Assembly: GCA_947589675.1 (NCBI GenBank)
Contig: CANQCI010000003.1
Span: 1 to 59,834 of the forward strand
Reading direction: 5' to 3'
Origin: an uncultured Bacilli bacterium
Lineage (GTDB): Bacteria > Bacillota_I > Bacilli_A > RF39 > UBA660
Length of the DNA stretch: 59,834 nucleotides
The notes below the pieces were generated by a model that did not search any database, was not told where the DNA came from, and saw only the letters and a program-made list of their open reading frames with translations. The stretch's first letter is position 1. Each line of letters opens with the position of its first letter. Position numbers and translations under genes: made by a program. This document shows positions 9,442 through 21,038 of this stretch, piece after piece.

Positions 9442-10131
9442 CTAAACACTTAAGCTTTTTCGAATTATTTTATATATCGCTTTATGTCCTTTATAATTCA
9501 TATAATAACTAGTATTATCACTATAATATTTGGGATTTAAAGCTAGGGCGGTAATATCAATAAACTGGCAACTATTATTCGCGGCAATTTTTTGTAATTC
9601 TTTATTTATACTAAATACTGTATTTTGGTCTAAATTATAAGTGGGATATAAGCCAATAACTAATAAATCATTTTTATAAAATGTTCTTATTTCTTTCAAA
9701 AACAAATTATAATCATTAAGAAAATCCTCAATTCTTTTGGCATTTAATTTGTCTTTTAGTTGGTAATCCACAATTTCGTCCATACCAATTGCCAATGTTA
9801 CTAAATTAGATTTGGCAATAATTTGTTTAAGCGGTATTGCACTTTCTTCCCCCATTTTATTTTCTTTTAAAGCATACTTTAATTCTTCCATGGTTAAACT
9901 ATCTTCCATAAATTCATGATTATAAATAACTGGTTCATTTTTATTTTCATAATAATCTTTTAAATAATCGTTAAAACTTAAACCAACTACTTGATAAGAA
10001 GTTACGCCTAAGGCTACCCCATCACCAAGGGCAGTTAAATAAAATTTAGGCTTCATTGTTAAGACATTAATTAATATTGTCAAAGAAATTCCCATAACTA
10101 TTATTAATAAAAGTTTATATCTTCTTTTCAT
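9442..10131 (-). CDS. SGNH/GDSL-fold protein with N-terminal anchor, catalytic residues apparently degenerate
   Basis: ALGDGVA (GDS-like), IGMDE (GxND-like), YMNYKGH (HPN-like). Confidence 0.7.
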   Translation of the reverse strand: MKRRYKLLLIIVMGISLTILINVLTMKPKFYLTALGDGVALGVTSYQVVGLSFNDYLKDYYENKNEPVIYNHEFMEDSLTMEELKYALKENKMGEESAIPLKQIIAKSNLVTLAIGMDEIVDYQLKDKLNAKRIEDFLNDYNLFLKEIRTFYKNDLLVIGLYPTYNLDQNTVFSINKELQKIAANNSCQFIDITALALNPKYYSDNTSYYMNYKGHKAIYKIIRKSLSV

Positions 10132-10192
10132 TTTGCCTCCTAAAAAAAGTAGAGTTTTATCTCTACCATTATATTTATTATTTTAGGATTTA

Positions 10193-11452
10193 TTAACAAT
10201 CAATTATTTTAATTTTGGCTCCCACATTCGATAATTTATTTATTATTCGTTCATAACCTCTTAGGATATGTTCGGCATCGTTAATTATTGTTGTTCCAGA
10301 GGCTATTAAACCGGCGGTAACTAAAGCGGCTCCAGCTCGTAAATCAGTAGCCACAATTTCCTTGCCAGTTAAGGGAGTAGTCCCTTTAATTAAAGCTTTC
10401 ATACCATTTACTTCAATATTTGCTCCCATCATATTTAAATATTTAATATGCCCCATGCGACTTTCCCAGATGGTTTCCTCAAAATGACTGATGCCACTGG
10501 CTTGGGTAAGTAACACGGACATTGGTTGACCTAAGTCAGTTGGAAATTCAGGATAAACATCCGTTTTAACATCCGTGCTTAAAAAACTAGGAGTTTGACT
10601 AATCATAATTCCTCCAGGAATAATGTCATATTTGATATTCATTTTTTGAAACTTGTCAAGTAAACTTTGTAAATACTCTGGTTCAATGCCCATAATCTTT
10701 AGGTTATCACCTAATAAAGCTCCCATGATAAGATAAGTTCCGGCTTCTATTCTATCGCAAATGACACTAACCGATGCGGAATGTAAATGCTCTACGCCTT
10801 CAATAGTAATCACATTTGTTCCGGCTCCTTTAATATTTGCTCCCATATTATTTAATAATTCGGCTATATTAATAATTTCGACTTCCTGAGCGGCATTATA
10901 AATTTTGGTTACCCCTTTGGCTAATGTCGCAGCAAACATAATATTAATTGTTGCACCGACACTTGCAAAATCTAAATGAATATCGCTTCCGGTTAATTCT
11001 TGGGCATCAATTATATATTTAGAATTATTTTCATCTTTCGTTACTGTTGCCCCCAAAGCTTCAAAACCTTTTAAATGGAGGTCAATCGGACGAGCCCCAA
11101 TATTACACCCACCTGGAAAATAGATTTCCACATGTTTAAATCTGGCTAATAAAGCTCCCATGAAATAATAAGAAGCTCGAAGTCTTGTGCTTAAATCTTC
11201 TGGAATAACATTATTTTGTAAATTACGAGCATCAATGGTATATTTATCCTCTTCAAAATTGACATCAACATTTAAAAATTTTAAAATTGCGGTTAAAGCA
11301 TCAGCATCACTAATTCGTGGAACATTACTAAGTTTAACCACACCATCAGCCATAATTGCCGCGGGTATTAAAGCAACTGCACTATTTTTAGCTCCCCCAA
11401 TATTAATAGTTCCTGATAATTTATTTTTTCCCTCAATTATTATTTGTTTCAT
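10193..11452 (-). CDS. murA: UDP-N-acetylglucosamine 1-carboxyvinyltransferase
   Basis: GAKNSA, LRASYYFMGALL, PGGCNIGARPIDLH, TDLRAGAAL. Confidence 0.97.
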   Translation of the reverse strand: MKQIIIEGKNKLSGTINIGGAKNSAVALIPAAIMADGVVKLSNVPRISDADALTAILKFLNVDVNFEEDKYTIDARNLQNNVIPEDLSTRLRASYYFMGALLARFKHVEIYFPGGCNIGARPIDLHLKGFEALGATVTKDENNSKYIIDAQELTGSDIHLDFASVGATINIMFAATLAKGVTKIYNAAQEVEIINIAELLNNMGANIKGAGTNVITIEGVEHLHSASVSVICDRIEAGTYLIMGALLGDNLKIMGIEPEYLQSLLDKFQKMNIKYDIIPGGIMISQTPSFLSTDVKTDVYPEFPTDLGQPMSVLLTQASGISHFEETIWESRMGHIKYLNMMGANIEVNGMKALIKGTTPLTGKEIVATDLRAGAALVTAGLIASGTTIINDAEHILRGYERIINKLSNVGAKIKIIDC

Positions 11453-11639
11453 CTTCATCACCATATTAAAATTTATGTATTATGCTTAAAATAAAGCACA
11501 TTCATCATAAATTTTAGGGTATTACCCAACTTATGTCAAGCAAACTTTGTGTTTGGAATGTCTACTTTTGTCTTTGCTTACTAGTAATATCGTCATAGTT
11601 ATGCTAAGATTAAAAATAACAAAAAGTTGGAGGTAACAT

Positions 11640-11855
11640 ATGGAAATAAACGCTAGAAATTATAATTCAAATGAAACTATAAAATTTATTCGTCAAGGAT
11701 TAAACGAAACCCAAAAAGCCATGGCAAAAAAAATTGGCATAAGTGAAAGCTCTTTACGAAAATATGAATTAGGAATAGTTAATTATACTTTTGAAACCTT
11801 ACTACGAATTGCTAAAGAATATAATTTAGAAATTATAATTAAAGAAAAAAAATAA
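11640..11855 (+). CDS. XRE-family HTH regulator
   Basis: TQKAMAKKIGISESSLRKYELG; GGAGG RBS. Confidence 0.85.
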   Translation: MEINARNYNSNETIKFIRQGLNETQKAMAKKIGISESSLRKYELGIVNYTFETLLRIAKEYNLEIIIKEKK

Positions 11856-11859
11856 ATTT

Positions 11860-12390
11860 TTAAAATAAATGATATATTCCTAAAATAAGTAAAATAACAA
11901 TACCTAACAACGTCGCTTTTTTACCTATCATCCTCGATGAATATTTACCAATCAAAATTCCTAAATAAGTAAAAGCGGCACTACATAAAGCAAAAATAAT
12001 ACTAGCTTTTAAATAATTATGCGTTATCGCACTTATTCCTAAGCCCACCGTAAAACTATCAATACTTACCCCAAAGGCAAAGATAAAAAAACCTAATAAA
12101 CTTAAATTAATTTCAATATTTTCATCTTTAAAATAATGAATAGCTAAATTAATACCTAAAAAAATTAATATTAAGCCCAATAATACATGGCTAGCTAAAT
12201 TAAACCATGATACGAGTTTTAAGCCAAAAATATTTCCTAATAAAGGCATAAAAAAATGAAATAAACCCACAATAAGGGGAAGTATTTTAATTTTTTTTGA
12301 GTTAATAATTGAACCTAAACTTAAAGACAAAGAAAAAGTATCCATCGATAACGAAATCCCAATCATTAAAATGGATACAATTTCTTTCAT
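11860..12390 (-). CDS. mntP: Manganese efflux pump MntP family
   Basis: SLSMDTF and VSIDSF repeats, FHFFMPLLG, about six TMs. Confidence 0.9.
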   Translation of the reverse strand: MKEIVSILMIGISLSMDTFSLSLSLGSIINSKKIKILPLIVGLFHFFMPLLGNIFGLKLVSWFNLASHVLLGLILIFLGINLAIHYFKDENIEINLSLLGFFIFAFGVSIDSFTVGLGISAITHNYLKASIIFALCSAAFTYLGILIGKYSSRMIGKKATLLGIVILLILGIYHLF

Positions 12391-12412
12391 TAATATTCAC
12401 CACTAAAGTATA

Positions 12413-12922
12413 TTATGAATACTCATCAATTATGTCTTTAATAAAAAAGGAATATTCAGCATCAGCTATATCAGCATCGGTTGCTTCTAATAAACATAAA
12501 GGAGGAAATAAAACACACCACCAATTTTCACCTAAACCATCCCCCAAAGTAACCACTAAAGATTCATAATTCCCCGCTTCATATTTAACATTCCTATAAG
12601 TTTTTTCAGGAAAATAATTTAATCCATAATTAGTTGAGAAATTACTAGTATATCTATTAATTGTTTTTTCAATGGTTGGAAGACTTTTATTAATATTTTG
12701 CCGCGATTCATCAATGGTTTTGGAATTAGCCATTATATCTTGAAAAATCGGTTTAATATCATTACTAATTAACATTTTTTGTTCTTGGTCTTTAAAATCA
12801 TTACTATTAGCTATAATACGAAATCTAATAGCTGATGTGGGAATTATAACGGTATTTTCATCGGAACTAATTATCATTAAACATATACTTATTATAAACA
12901 AAAATACTAATATTTTTTTCAA
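12413..12922 (-). CDS. spoIIR: Stage II sporulation protein R
   Basis: AIRFRIIANSN, FPEKTY, GDGLGENWWCVLFPPLC. Confidence 0.95.
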   Translation of the reverse strand: MKKILVFLFIISICLMIISSDENTVIIPTSAIRFRIIANSNDFKDQEQKMLISNDIKPIFQDIMANSKTIDESRQNINKSLPTIEKTINRYTSNFSTNYGLNYFPEKTYRNVKYEAGNYESLVVTLGDGLGENWWCVLFPPLCLLEATDADIADAEYSFFIKDIIDEYS

Positions 12923-12964
12923 ACTTTATCACCTAAATTTAATAAAGTAACAAATATTAGTATT

Positions 12965-13675
12965 TTATTCATTATAAATAAACAAGTATCTATCTAAACC
13001 AGTCAAATCTGGTTGAAAACTATAATTGTGAATTGCAAGTTCATCAAGTAAACCCTTAAGTAAGTCTTTCTCATTATCCCCAATTTCCAAAGCGATTAAC
13101 CCTGGTTTAGTTAGATTATTAAAAGCATAACTTAAAATTTGTTGATAAAAATATAAACCTTTATTAGGAGCAAATAACGCTAAATGAGGCTCATTTTTTA
13201 AAACAATATCTTCAATAAATCCATCCTTATCTAAATAAGGGGGATTAGAAATTATAACGTTATATTGTTTATTTAAAGGCTTAGTCATATCATGATAATA
13301 AAAATTTATTTCTAAATTATTATTTTGGGCATTTTCTTTAGCTAAGTCTAAAGCTTCAAGGGAGATATCAACAGCATCAATTTCACAATTAAGGCTTTTT
13401 TTTAACGCAATAGCAATACACCCAGAGCCTGTACCTAAATCAATAATTTTTAAATCTTTTAAACCCATTCGCTTTATTTCTTCAATTGTTTTAGCCACTA
13501 AAGTTTCGGTTTCAAAGCGAGGAATTAAAACTCGATTATCAACTTTAATAATATTACCACAAAAATCAACATTCCCAATAATATATTGGATTGGCTCCCC
13601 ACTTGCTAATCTATTTAAAGCATCAGTTTGCTTCGCTTTAGGAACATATTTTTGAATTAATTCTTTATCAGTCAA
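12965..13675 (-). CDS. prmC: Release factor glutamine methyltransferase
   Basis: GEPIQYIIG, VLIPRFETE, DLGTGSG, SNPPY; follows prfA. Confidence 0.95.
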   Translation of the reverse strand: MTDKELIQKYVPKAKQTDALNRLASGEPIQYIIGNVDFCGNIIKVDNRVLIPRFETETLVAKTIEEIKRMGLKDLKIIDLGTGSGCIAIALKKSLNCEIDAVDISLEALDLAKENAQNNNLEINFYYHDMTKPLNKQYNVIISNPPYLDKDGFIEDIVLKNEPHLALFAPNKGLYFYQQILSYAFNNLTKPGLIALEIGDNEKDLLKGLLDELAIHNYSFQPDLTGLDRYLFIYNE

Positions 13676-14735
13676 AGTTTTCTCCTGCTAATTTTAATTT
13701 TAAATCCTCGGTAATTAAGGCTTCAATTATTGGTTCTAATTCCCCATCCATCACACGGTCTAAGGTCATCGTTGAAAAACCAATCCGATGGTCTGTAACC
13801 CTGTTTTGAGGATAATTATAAGTCCGAATTTTTTCTGAACGGTCACCAGTACCTATTTTAGATTTTCGTTCTTCACCCATAGCTCCTTCTTGAGCTCTTT
13901 TTTGTTCATCTAATATTTTTATTTTCAAAAGATTTAAAGCTCTTTCCTTATTTCTTAATTGACTTCGTTCCGTTTGACACCCAACAACAATGCCCGTTGG
14001 AATATGGGTTATCCGTACTGCCGAATTAGCGGTATTAACTGATTGTCCTCCGGCTCCACTAGAGTGAAAGACATCAACTTTGATATCCGTATCCTTGATT
14101 TCCACATTACCAATTTCATCAAACTCCGGCATAACTAAAACTGTTGCTGTTGAAGTATGTACCCGTCCTTGGGCTTCCGTTTCAGGAACTCTTTGGACAC
14201 GATGTGAACCACTTTCATATTTTAATTTCGAATAAACATTACTGCCCTTAACTAAAAATTCAATTTGGGCAAATCCCCCACTGGCTCCCTCAATTGCATG
14301 AACAACTTCAATCTTCCAATTATTTTTATCAGCATAATAACTATACATCCGAAATAAATCACCAGCAAATATATTAGCTTCATCACCACCTGCAGCTCCC
14401 CGAATTTCCATGATAACATTTTTGCCATCATTTTCATCTTTCGGTACTAATAATATTTCTAATTGATGATATAACTTTTGTTCCTCTTCTTCTAAATTTG
14501 CCATTTCCATTAAAGCCATTTCTTTTAAATCAGGGTCATTTTCCATATCTTTAGCCTGTTTCAAATCATCTTTGACTTTTTTATATTGTTCATAAATATC
14601 AACAATTTCTTTTAAATCACTTTGTTCTTTAGACAATTCTTTTAATTTATTAAAATCATTTAATACTTCTGGTTTAACTAATTCTAAATTTAATTCCTTA
14701 AATTTTTTTTCAATGGCATCTAAGCGATTAAACAT
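13668..14735 (-). CDS. prfA: Peptide chain release factor 1
   Basis: GGDEA, HRVQRVPETE (PxT), GAGGQ, RTYNYPQNRVTDHR. Confidence 0.98.
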   Translation of the reverse strand: MFNRLDAIEKKFKELNLELVKPEVLNDFNKLKELSKEQSDLKEIVDIYEQYKKVKDDLKQAKDMENDPDLKEMALMEMANLEEEEQKLYHQLEILLVPKDENDGKNVIMEIRGAAGGDEANIFAGDLFRMYSYYADKNNWKIEVVHAIEGASGGFAQIEFLVKGSNVYSKLKYESGSHRVQRVPETEAQGRVHTSTATVLVMPEFDEIGNVEIKDTDIKVDVFHSSGAGGQSVNTANSAVRITHIPTGIVVGCQTERSQLRNKERALNLLKIKILDEQKRAQEGAMGEERKSKIGTGDRSEKIRTYNYPQNRVTDHRIGFSTMTLDRVMDGELEPIIEALITEDLKLKLAGENFD

Positions 14736-14804
14736 AGTAACCAACTCCTCGGTATAATTCTATCGAAATTTTCCCAAAATAACAAGTATATGTTTTTAAG
14801 TTTA

Positions 14805-14828
14805 AAAAAAGTAAACCGAAGTTCACTT
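14805..14828 (-). terminator. Intrinsic terminator after pyrG
   Basis: AAGTGAAC-TTCG-GTTTACTT followed by a T-run on the minus strand. Confidence 0.7.
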
Positions 14829-16426
14829 TATTTTATACAAGCTTCAATAAACCCCACAAATAAAGGATGAGGTCTAGTTGGGCGACTTTTAAATTCAGGG
14901 TGAAATTGACTAGCTATAAAAAACTTATTTTTAGGATACTCTATAATTTCAACCAAATTACTAGCTTCATTAATACCTGAAAAAACTAAACCTTTACTTT
15001 CTAATAATTCTTTATATTTGTTATTAAATTCATAACGATGGCGATGTCTTTCTAAAATGTTATCAGCACCATATAATTTACTAGCTAAACTATTTTTTTG
15101 TAATTTACATTCGTAGTTGCCGAGCCGAAGAGTTCCTCCCATATTTAAGATATATTTTTGATCAGCCATTAAATCGATAATTGGCTCTTCGGTCGTTTGG
15201 TCAAATTCCGTAGATGTAGCATCTTTCAACCCACAGACATGGCGGGCAAACTCAATCACGGCAATTTGCATCCCTAAACAAAGACCTAAATACGGAATGT
15301 TGTGAACTCGAGCATATTCACAAGCCTTAATTTTTCCTTCAATTCCTCGAGAACCAAATCCCCCAGGAACTAAAATACCTTTTACCCCTTTAAAAATATC
15401 ATCTAATTTCACATTATTTTTCTCTAAATCCTCAGAATCAATCCATCGAATATTTACCTTATAATTATATTTATAGCCAGCATGTTTTAAGGCTTCACTA
15501 ACAGAAATATAGGCATCATGAAGTTCAATATATTTACCTACTAAAGCAATTTCTACTTCATTTTTTAAATTAGCAACTGTATTAATTAAATTTTTCCATG
15601 CACTTAAATCAGCTCGATGCAAAGTTAGTTTAAATTGCTTTAAAATAATTTCATCAATTTTTTGATTATAGTAATTAATCGGAATTTCATAAATATTTTT
15701 CACATCTACAGAGTCAATTACATTTTCAAGAGGGACACTACAAAAAGCGGATATCTTTCTTTTTAAATTTTCCGGAGTAGCATAGGGAGCTCTTAAAACC
15801 AAAGCATTGGGATAAATCCCTAATCCTCTTAAATCCTTCACACTATTTTGGGTAGGTTTACTCTTTAATTCTTCTGAACCATAAATGAAAGGAACGAGTG
15901 TAGCATGGGTAATAAAAATATTTTCATCACCTAATTCATGTTGTAATTGCCGAATTGCTTCTAAAAAAGTTAAAGATTCGATATCACCTACTGTTCCCCC
16001 AATTTCGGTAATAACAATATCGGCTTGGGAAGAAACCCCCGCTTCAATAATTTTATTTTTTATTTCATTGGTAATATGAGGAATCATTTGCACGGTGGCA
16101 CCTAAATATTCCCCTTTTCTTTCTTTTTCAATTACCGAACTATAAATCTTACCACTGGTAATATTCGAACTATAATTTAATTCTTCATCTATAAACCGTT
16201 CATAATGACCTAAATCTAAATCGGTTTCACAGCCATCATAAGTTACAAAAACTTCTCCATGTTGCATAGGGTTCATTGTCCCCGGATCAACATTAATGTA
16301 AGGATCAAATTTTTGCATAAAAACTTTGTATCCTCTAGCTTTTAAAAGCAAAGCAATGGATGAAGCTGTTATTCCCTTTCCTAAACCAGAAACAACTCCA
16401 CCAGTCACAAATACATATTTTGTCAT
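14828..16426 (-). CDS. pyrG: CTP synthase
   Basis: [38 protein letters not shown]. Confidence 0.98.
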   Translation of the reverse strand: MTKYVFVTGGVVSGLGKGITASSIALLLKARGYKVFMQKFDPYINVDPGTMNPMQHGEVFVTYDGCETDLDLGHYERFIDEELNYSSNITSGKIYSSVIEKERKGEYLGATVQMIPHITNEIKNKIIEAGVSSQADIVITEIGGTVGDIESLTFLEAIRQLQHELGDENIFITHATLVPFIYGSEELKSKPTQNSVKDLRGLGIYPNALVLRAPYATPENLKRKISAFCSVPLENVIDSVDVKNIYEIPINYYNQKIDEIILKQFKLTLHRADLSAWKNLINTVANLKNEVEIALVGKYIELHDAYISVSEALKHAGYKYNYKVNIRWIDSEDLEKNNVKLDDIFKGVKGILVPGGFGSRGIEGKIKACEYARVHNIPYLGLCLGMQIAVIEFARHVCGLKDATSTEFDQTTEEPIIDLMADQKYILNMGGTLRLGNYECKLQKNSLASKLYGADNILERHRHRYEFNNKYKELLESKGLVFSGINEASNLVEIIEYPKNKFFIASQFHPEFKSRPTRPHPLFVGFIEACIK

Positions 16427-16502
16427 ATAATACTCCTTCACTTGAGAGTAGGCTCTCTTAAATTATATCACCAACAGCAAGCTAAAAAAAGACCAATTTA
16501 GA

Positions 16503-16949
16503 CTATTCTAAATTAGTTTCATCAGGGTCATCGACAATCATTAAATCGGCTAAATCATCATCAGCTACATCATCAGTTTCATCATCTTTATCATAAAAAA
16601 TATCTTCGTCATTATTTTCTTCATTTATGTCTTCTTCAATATCTTCATTAGTTTCTGTAACTTCTTCATCTTCATCACTATCTTCAATGACAACATCTAA
16701 TTTATGACGAGATTGTAAATCCCAAAAGCCATTATCTAACATAATAAATTTTTTATTAATTGACATTTGTTCAAAAAAATCCATTAACTGATTTTCCAAA
16801 ACATTATCAGGTAATTCTAAAACTTCACAAACTTTTTTAAATATATCAGCTAATTTCATTTTTTTACCTGATTCTTGTAAAACTATTAAGGCTATATCAT
16901 CATATCCCATTAATTCTAATTCTTCTTTAGGTATATCCTTTAATTTCAT
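16503..16949 (-). CDS. rpoE: RNA polymerase delta subunit
   Basis: N-terminal delta domain (F....D.G.WDL) with an acidic C-terminal tail; upstream of pyrG as in Bacilli. Confidence 0.9.
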   Translation of the reverse strand: MKLKDIPKEELELMGYDDIALIVLQESGKKMKLADIFKKVCEVLELPDNVLENQLMDFFEQMSINKKFIMLDNGFWDLQSRHKLDVVIEDSDEDEEVTETNEDIEEDINEENNDEDIFYDKDDETDDVADDDLADLMIVDDPDETNLE

Positions 16950-16961
16950 GTTAATCTCTCC

Positions 16962-18566
16962 CTACATTTTTTCTGGTGGTACAACACCTATTAAATCTAA
17001 TGCATTAAATATTGTTTGTTTAACACATTGAATTAAGTTTATTCTTTCCTTGGTAGCTTCTTCATCATCGGTAATTATACGATTATTAGCATAGTATAAA
17101 TGAAATAAGCTAGCTAATTCATAAACATAATTAGTAATTAAATGAGGAAGCTCTTTTAAAGCGGCGGTTTCCACCACTTCTGGAAATTCGTAAACTTTTT
17201 CTAAAACATTATATGATGAATCATCATTTATTGCAACATATTTCGTTATTTTTTCATCTGGTTGACGTTCCCGCAAAATGGAACAGATTCGAGCATAAGC
17301 ATAGCAAACATAAAAAACAGGATTATCATTCGATTTTGATTTAGCTAAATTAAGGTCAAAATCCATTTGTGTATCTAAACTATATTTTGCAAAATAATAT
17401 CTTGCCGCATTTACCCCAACTTCATCAATTAATTCTTTTAACGTTACGGATTTTCCGGTTCTTTTACTCATTTTTACAACTTCGCCATTTTCCACTAAAC
17501 GGACTAATTGAAGGAGTTTTACTTCTAATTTGTCGGGATCATTACCCAATGCTTTAACACTACTTTTAAGGCGAGCTACATAACCATGATGATCAGTTCC
17601 TAAAATATCAATCATCTTATCATAGCCACGTTTATATTTATCTTTATGGTATGCTATATCAGCCACCAGATAAGTAAGGGTGCCATCTTCTTTCACTAAA
17701 ACATGGTCTTTATCATCTAATAGTTCACTACATTTAAACCAAGTAGCCCCATCAGCTTCATAAGTATAACCAGATTTACCTAATTCCTTTATTAAATCAT
17801 GTAAATCATATTGCTCGGCTATTTTCTTTTCACTCGTAAGCTTATCATAAATAATTCGATATTCTTTTAAATCATCCATAATATGGTTTAACATTTCTTT
17901 AATCCCTAATTCTTTAAAAAAATCAATTGGTTCATTTAAATATTGATCTTTTTTGGCATCATATAGGTTTTGAGCTATAACTTTAATTTCCTCTCCATAA
18001 TAACCATTTTCAGGCATAGGATTAGCAATACCACATATATTTTGATACCGAGTTAAAATTGATAAAGCTAAATTATTGATTTGACTACCTGCATCATTAA
18101 TATAATATTCTTTAGTTACATTATAACCCGCAAAAGACATAATCCGAGCTAAAGAATCTCCGTAAGCTCCCCCTCGAGCATTGCCTAAATGTAAGATTCC
18201 CGTTGGATTAGCACTAACAAACTCAATATTTATTTTTTTATTATGACCAATATTACTCCGACCATAATTTTCTTTTTCTTTTAATACTTTATTAATATTG
18301 GTAAATAAATAATCTTTTTTCACAAAAAAATTAATAAAGCCTGGTGATTTAATTTCCATTTTGAGTATTTTATCATCTTCGATTTGAGATACAATTTCCT
18401 CAGCTATATCTAAGGGACTTTGATGTTTTATACTCGCTAATTTAAGGGCTACATTAGTTGAAAAATCGCCATTTTCAGCCTTTTTAGGTTTAGTTAATTC
18501 AATATCTATCTCACAATCTAATTTTTTAATTGCTTTAGTTAATACTTTAATTAATTCATTTTTCAT
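16962..18566 (-). CDS. argS: Arginine--tRNA ligase
   Basis: GDFSTN, EFVSANPTGILHLGN, KMSKRTG, YAYARICS. Confidence 0.97.
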   Translation of the reverse strand: MKNELIKVLTKAIKKLDCEIDIELTKPKKAENGDFSTNVALKLASIKHQSPLDIAEEIVSQIEDDKILKMEIKSPGFINFFVKKDYLFTNINKVLKEKENYGRSNIGHNKKINIEFVSANPTGILHLGNARGGAYGDSLARIMSFAGYNVTKEYYINDAGSQINNLALSILTRYQNICGIANPMPENGYYGEEIKVIAQNLYDAKKDQYLNEPIDFFKELGIKEMLNHIMDDLKEYRIIYDKLTSEKKIAEQYDLHDLIKELGKSGYTYEADGATWFKCSELLDDKDHVLVKEDGTLTYLVADIAYHKDKYKRGYDKMIDILGTDHHGYVARLKSSVKALGNDPDKLEVKLLQLVRLVENGEVVKMSKRTGKSVTLKELIDEVGVNAARYYFAKYSLDTQMDFDLNLAKSKSNDNPVFYVCYAYARICSILRERQPDEKITKYVAINDDSSYNVLEKVYEFPEVVETAALKELPHLITNYVYELASLFHLYYANNRIITDDEEATKERINLIQCVKQTIFNALDLIGVVPPEKM

Positions 18567-18570
18567 CTTA

Positions 18571-18906
18571 TCACTCTTTTCTTATTATAGTTAATTTTTT
18601 TTCTTCATCCGCAATCCAATAAGTTATTGCGATTTTTTGTGGTGTAATTTGCAAATCACATGTAATATCAATACTACATTGTTCTCCACTAGCAAATCTT
18701 ATATTACAAACTTTACTGGGAAAATCAATATCCATTACATAATCATTGGTTGTTCTTGTATATAAACTTTTATTAAAATCTAAATGATGACAACCAGTAG
18801 CCTCCGAAAAGTCTAACTCATCGTCATTCATAATACAAGGAATATCTTCTTCACCTAATTCAAAAACCCCATTTGAAGTTAATTCCCAATCAATATCCGT
18901 TTGCAA
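18571..18906 (-). CDS. Hypothetical protein (YwiB/DUF1934-like by position)
   Basis: Intact 111-aa ORF immediately upstream of argS, beta-rich composition. Confidence 0.55.
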   Translation of the reverse strand: MQTDIDWELTSNGVFELGEEDIPCIMNDDELDFSEATGCHHLDFNKSLYTRTTNDYVMDIDFPSKVCNIRFASGEQCSIDITCDLQITPQKIAITYWIADEEKKLTIIRKE

Positions 18907-18986
18907 AAATACACCTTCTTTTTTTCGAAAACATTATAGCATGTCTAATTATACTTGTAAATTACAAAATAATCCTAACTTTTTTA

Positions 18987-19015
18987 TTATAATTTTTTAA
19001 TACTTTTCCATACTA
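18987..19015 (+). promoter_or_regulatory. Putative sigma-G-type promoter of the PBP gene
   Basis: TTATA-N17-CATACTA just upstream of the RBS. Confidence 0.45.
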
Positions 19016-19032
19016 AATTTTAGGTGATACCC

Positions 19033-20997
19033 TTGAAAATTATAAAATTTGCTCTAAAATTAACAACCTTTCTTTTTATATCTTTTATTGTCGTTATTAT
19101 CGGCTTATATACTTATGCTTATTTAAGCCCTAAATTGGATTTAAAAGCCAGTGGTAGTATGTATATCTATGATTCTAAAGAAGATTTAATTTATCAAGGC
19201 TCTAGTTCCAATGAATGGGTTAATATCGAAGATATTAGTCCTTATGTATTAGATGCGGTGGTGGCGGTAGAAGACAAAAATTTTTATAAGCATAATGGTT
19301 TTGATTATTTAAGAATTGCTAAAGCAATGTATCTTAATATTAAAAATCGGTCTATTGTCCAAGGAGCATCAACTATTTCGCAACAATACATTAAAAATTT
19401 ATATTTAGATTTTAACCAAACTTGGAAGCGAAAAATTGAAGAAGCTTTTTTAACTTTAGAATTAGAAGTTCATTATGAAAAAGAAGACATTTTAGAGGGT
19501 TATTTAAATACGATTAATTATGGGCAAGGAAATTTAGGTATAGTTAATGCGGCTCAATATTATTTTAATAAAAAAGCTAAAGATTTATCTTTAGAAGAAG
19601 CTATTATTTTAGCTGGTATTCCTAAAAATCCGAGTCGTTATAATCCGGTAGCTAATTATGATGAATGTATTAAAAGAGCTTGGGTTGTTGCGAAAAGTAT
19701 GTTAAATAATAATCTCTTAACCCAAGAAGAATATGATAATTTATTTAAAGAAAAAATCCAAATTTATGGTGAAAATAAAGATAATAATTTACAAATGTTA
19801 ATGTATTACCAAGATGCTGTTTTAAATGAACTTAATGGAATAAAACAAATTCCCTCTTCTTTACGGGAGTCAGGCGGGTTAAAAATTTATACTACTTTAG
19901 ATTTAAATGCTCAAAAGAATATGGAAGAAAGTATTTTAAATAATACTGATGATAATAAAATTCAAGTCGCTAGTGTGATTGTTGACCCTAAAACGGGAGC
20001 TGTGAAAGCCCTTACAGGAGGCATGAATTATACCACAAGTCAATATAATCGAGCTTTAAATTCCAAAAGGCAAGTTGGGTCAACTATGAAAAGTTTTCTT
20101 TATTATGCCGCCTTAGAAAATAATTTAACGATGTCAAGCACTTTTTCCAGTGAGCCAACCACTTTTAATTTAGCTAACGGAAAAACCTATGCTCCAATTA
20201 ATGCTAGCGATGTCTATGGTAATAAGGAAATCACAATGGCGGCGGCGGTTGCCTATTCTGATAATATTTATGCCATCAAAACGCATTTATTTTTAGGTTT
20301 AGATAAAATGATTGAAGTTGCTAATCGAACCGGAATAAAAGAAAATTTAAAAGAAATTGCTTCTCTTCCTTTAGGGACTAGTGAAATTAATCTTTTAGAC
20401 TATGCTAGTGGTTATACGACTTTTGCTTCGGGTGGCTATAAAAGAGATTTATACTTTATTGAAAAAATTGAAGACTTAGATGGTAATGTTTTATATGAAC
20501 ATAAAAATGAAAAAGATTTAGTTTTAAATCCTAATTATACTTACATTTTAAATGAAATGCTTACCTCGACCTCAAATAGTGCTTTTATCGATTATACCAC
20601 GCCAACAGCTTTTCCAATTGCTAAAAAATTAACTAACAAATATGCGATAAAAACTGGAACAACAAACACTGATTATTGGATTGTTGGCTATAATCCAGAC
20701 TGTTTAGTTATGACTTGGATGGGCTATGATAACAATGAAGCGATGAATGCAAAAGTACGAAAAAGTGGACGAAATGCGTGGGCGGATACAATTGAAGCTT
20801 ACTTAAGCGATAAAGAAACTGCTTGGTATGAAACTCCCGAGAATGTTGTTGCTGTTCCTTTAGATGCCATAACGGGAAAAACTACCAATAAAAGTAGTAA
20901 AATTGCCCTCTTTTATTATCTTAAAGGAAGTGAACCAGGTTATACTCCCGAACAATATGTTTCAAGTGAAACTAAAAAAGATGGGGAAAAAAATTAA
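19033..20997 (+). CDS. Class A penicillin-binding protein (PbpG/PBP2d-like)
   Basis: GT motifs EDKNFYKH, GASTISQQ, RKIEE; TP motifs STMK, SDN, KTGT. Confidence 0.93.
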   Translation: MKIIKFALKLTTFLFISFIVVIIGLYTYAYLSPKLDLKASGSMYIYDSKEDLIYQGSSSNEWVNIEDISPYVLDAVVAVEDKNFYKHNGFDYLRIAKAMYLNIKNRSIVQGASTISQQYIKNLYLDFNQTWKRKIEEAFLTLELEVHYEKEDILEGYLNTINYGQGNLGIVNAAQYYFNKKAKDLSLEEAIILAGIPKNPSRYNPVANYDECIKRAWVVAKSMLNNNLLTQEEYDNLFKEKIQIYGENKDNNLQMLMYYQDAVLNELNGIKQIPSSLRESGGLKIYTTLDLNAQKNMEESILNNTDDNKIQVASVIVDPKTGAVKALTGGMNYTTSQYNRALNSKRQVGSTMKSFLYYAALENNLTMSSTFSSEPTTFNLANGKTYAPINASDVYGNKEITMAAAVAYSDNIYAIKTHLFLGLDKMIEVANRTGIKENLKEIASLPLGTSEINLLDYASGYTTFASGGYKRDLYFIEKIEDLDGNVLYEHKNEKDLVLNPNYTYILNEMLTSTSNSAFIDYTTPTAFPIAKKLTNKYAIKTGTTNTDYWIVGYNPDCLVMTWMGYDNNEAMNAKVRKSGRNAWADTIEAYLSDKETAWYETPENVVAVPLDAITGKTTNKSSKIALFYYLKGSEPGYTPEQYVSSETKKDGEKN

Positions 20998-21000
20998 TAA

Positions 21001-21038
21001 AAAATGGTATCCACCAAAATGCGGGTACCATCTTTTTA
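21001..21038. terminator. Bidirectional terminator between PBP gene and noc
   Basis: ATGGTATCC...GGGTACCAT inverted repeat flanked by A- and T-runs. Confidence 0.6.

Noticed and set aside
16427-16480. pyrG reiterative-transcription attenuator
   Set aside because: The leader has only a small GAGAG/CTCTC hairpin, with no GGGC start and no terminator U-tract.
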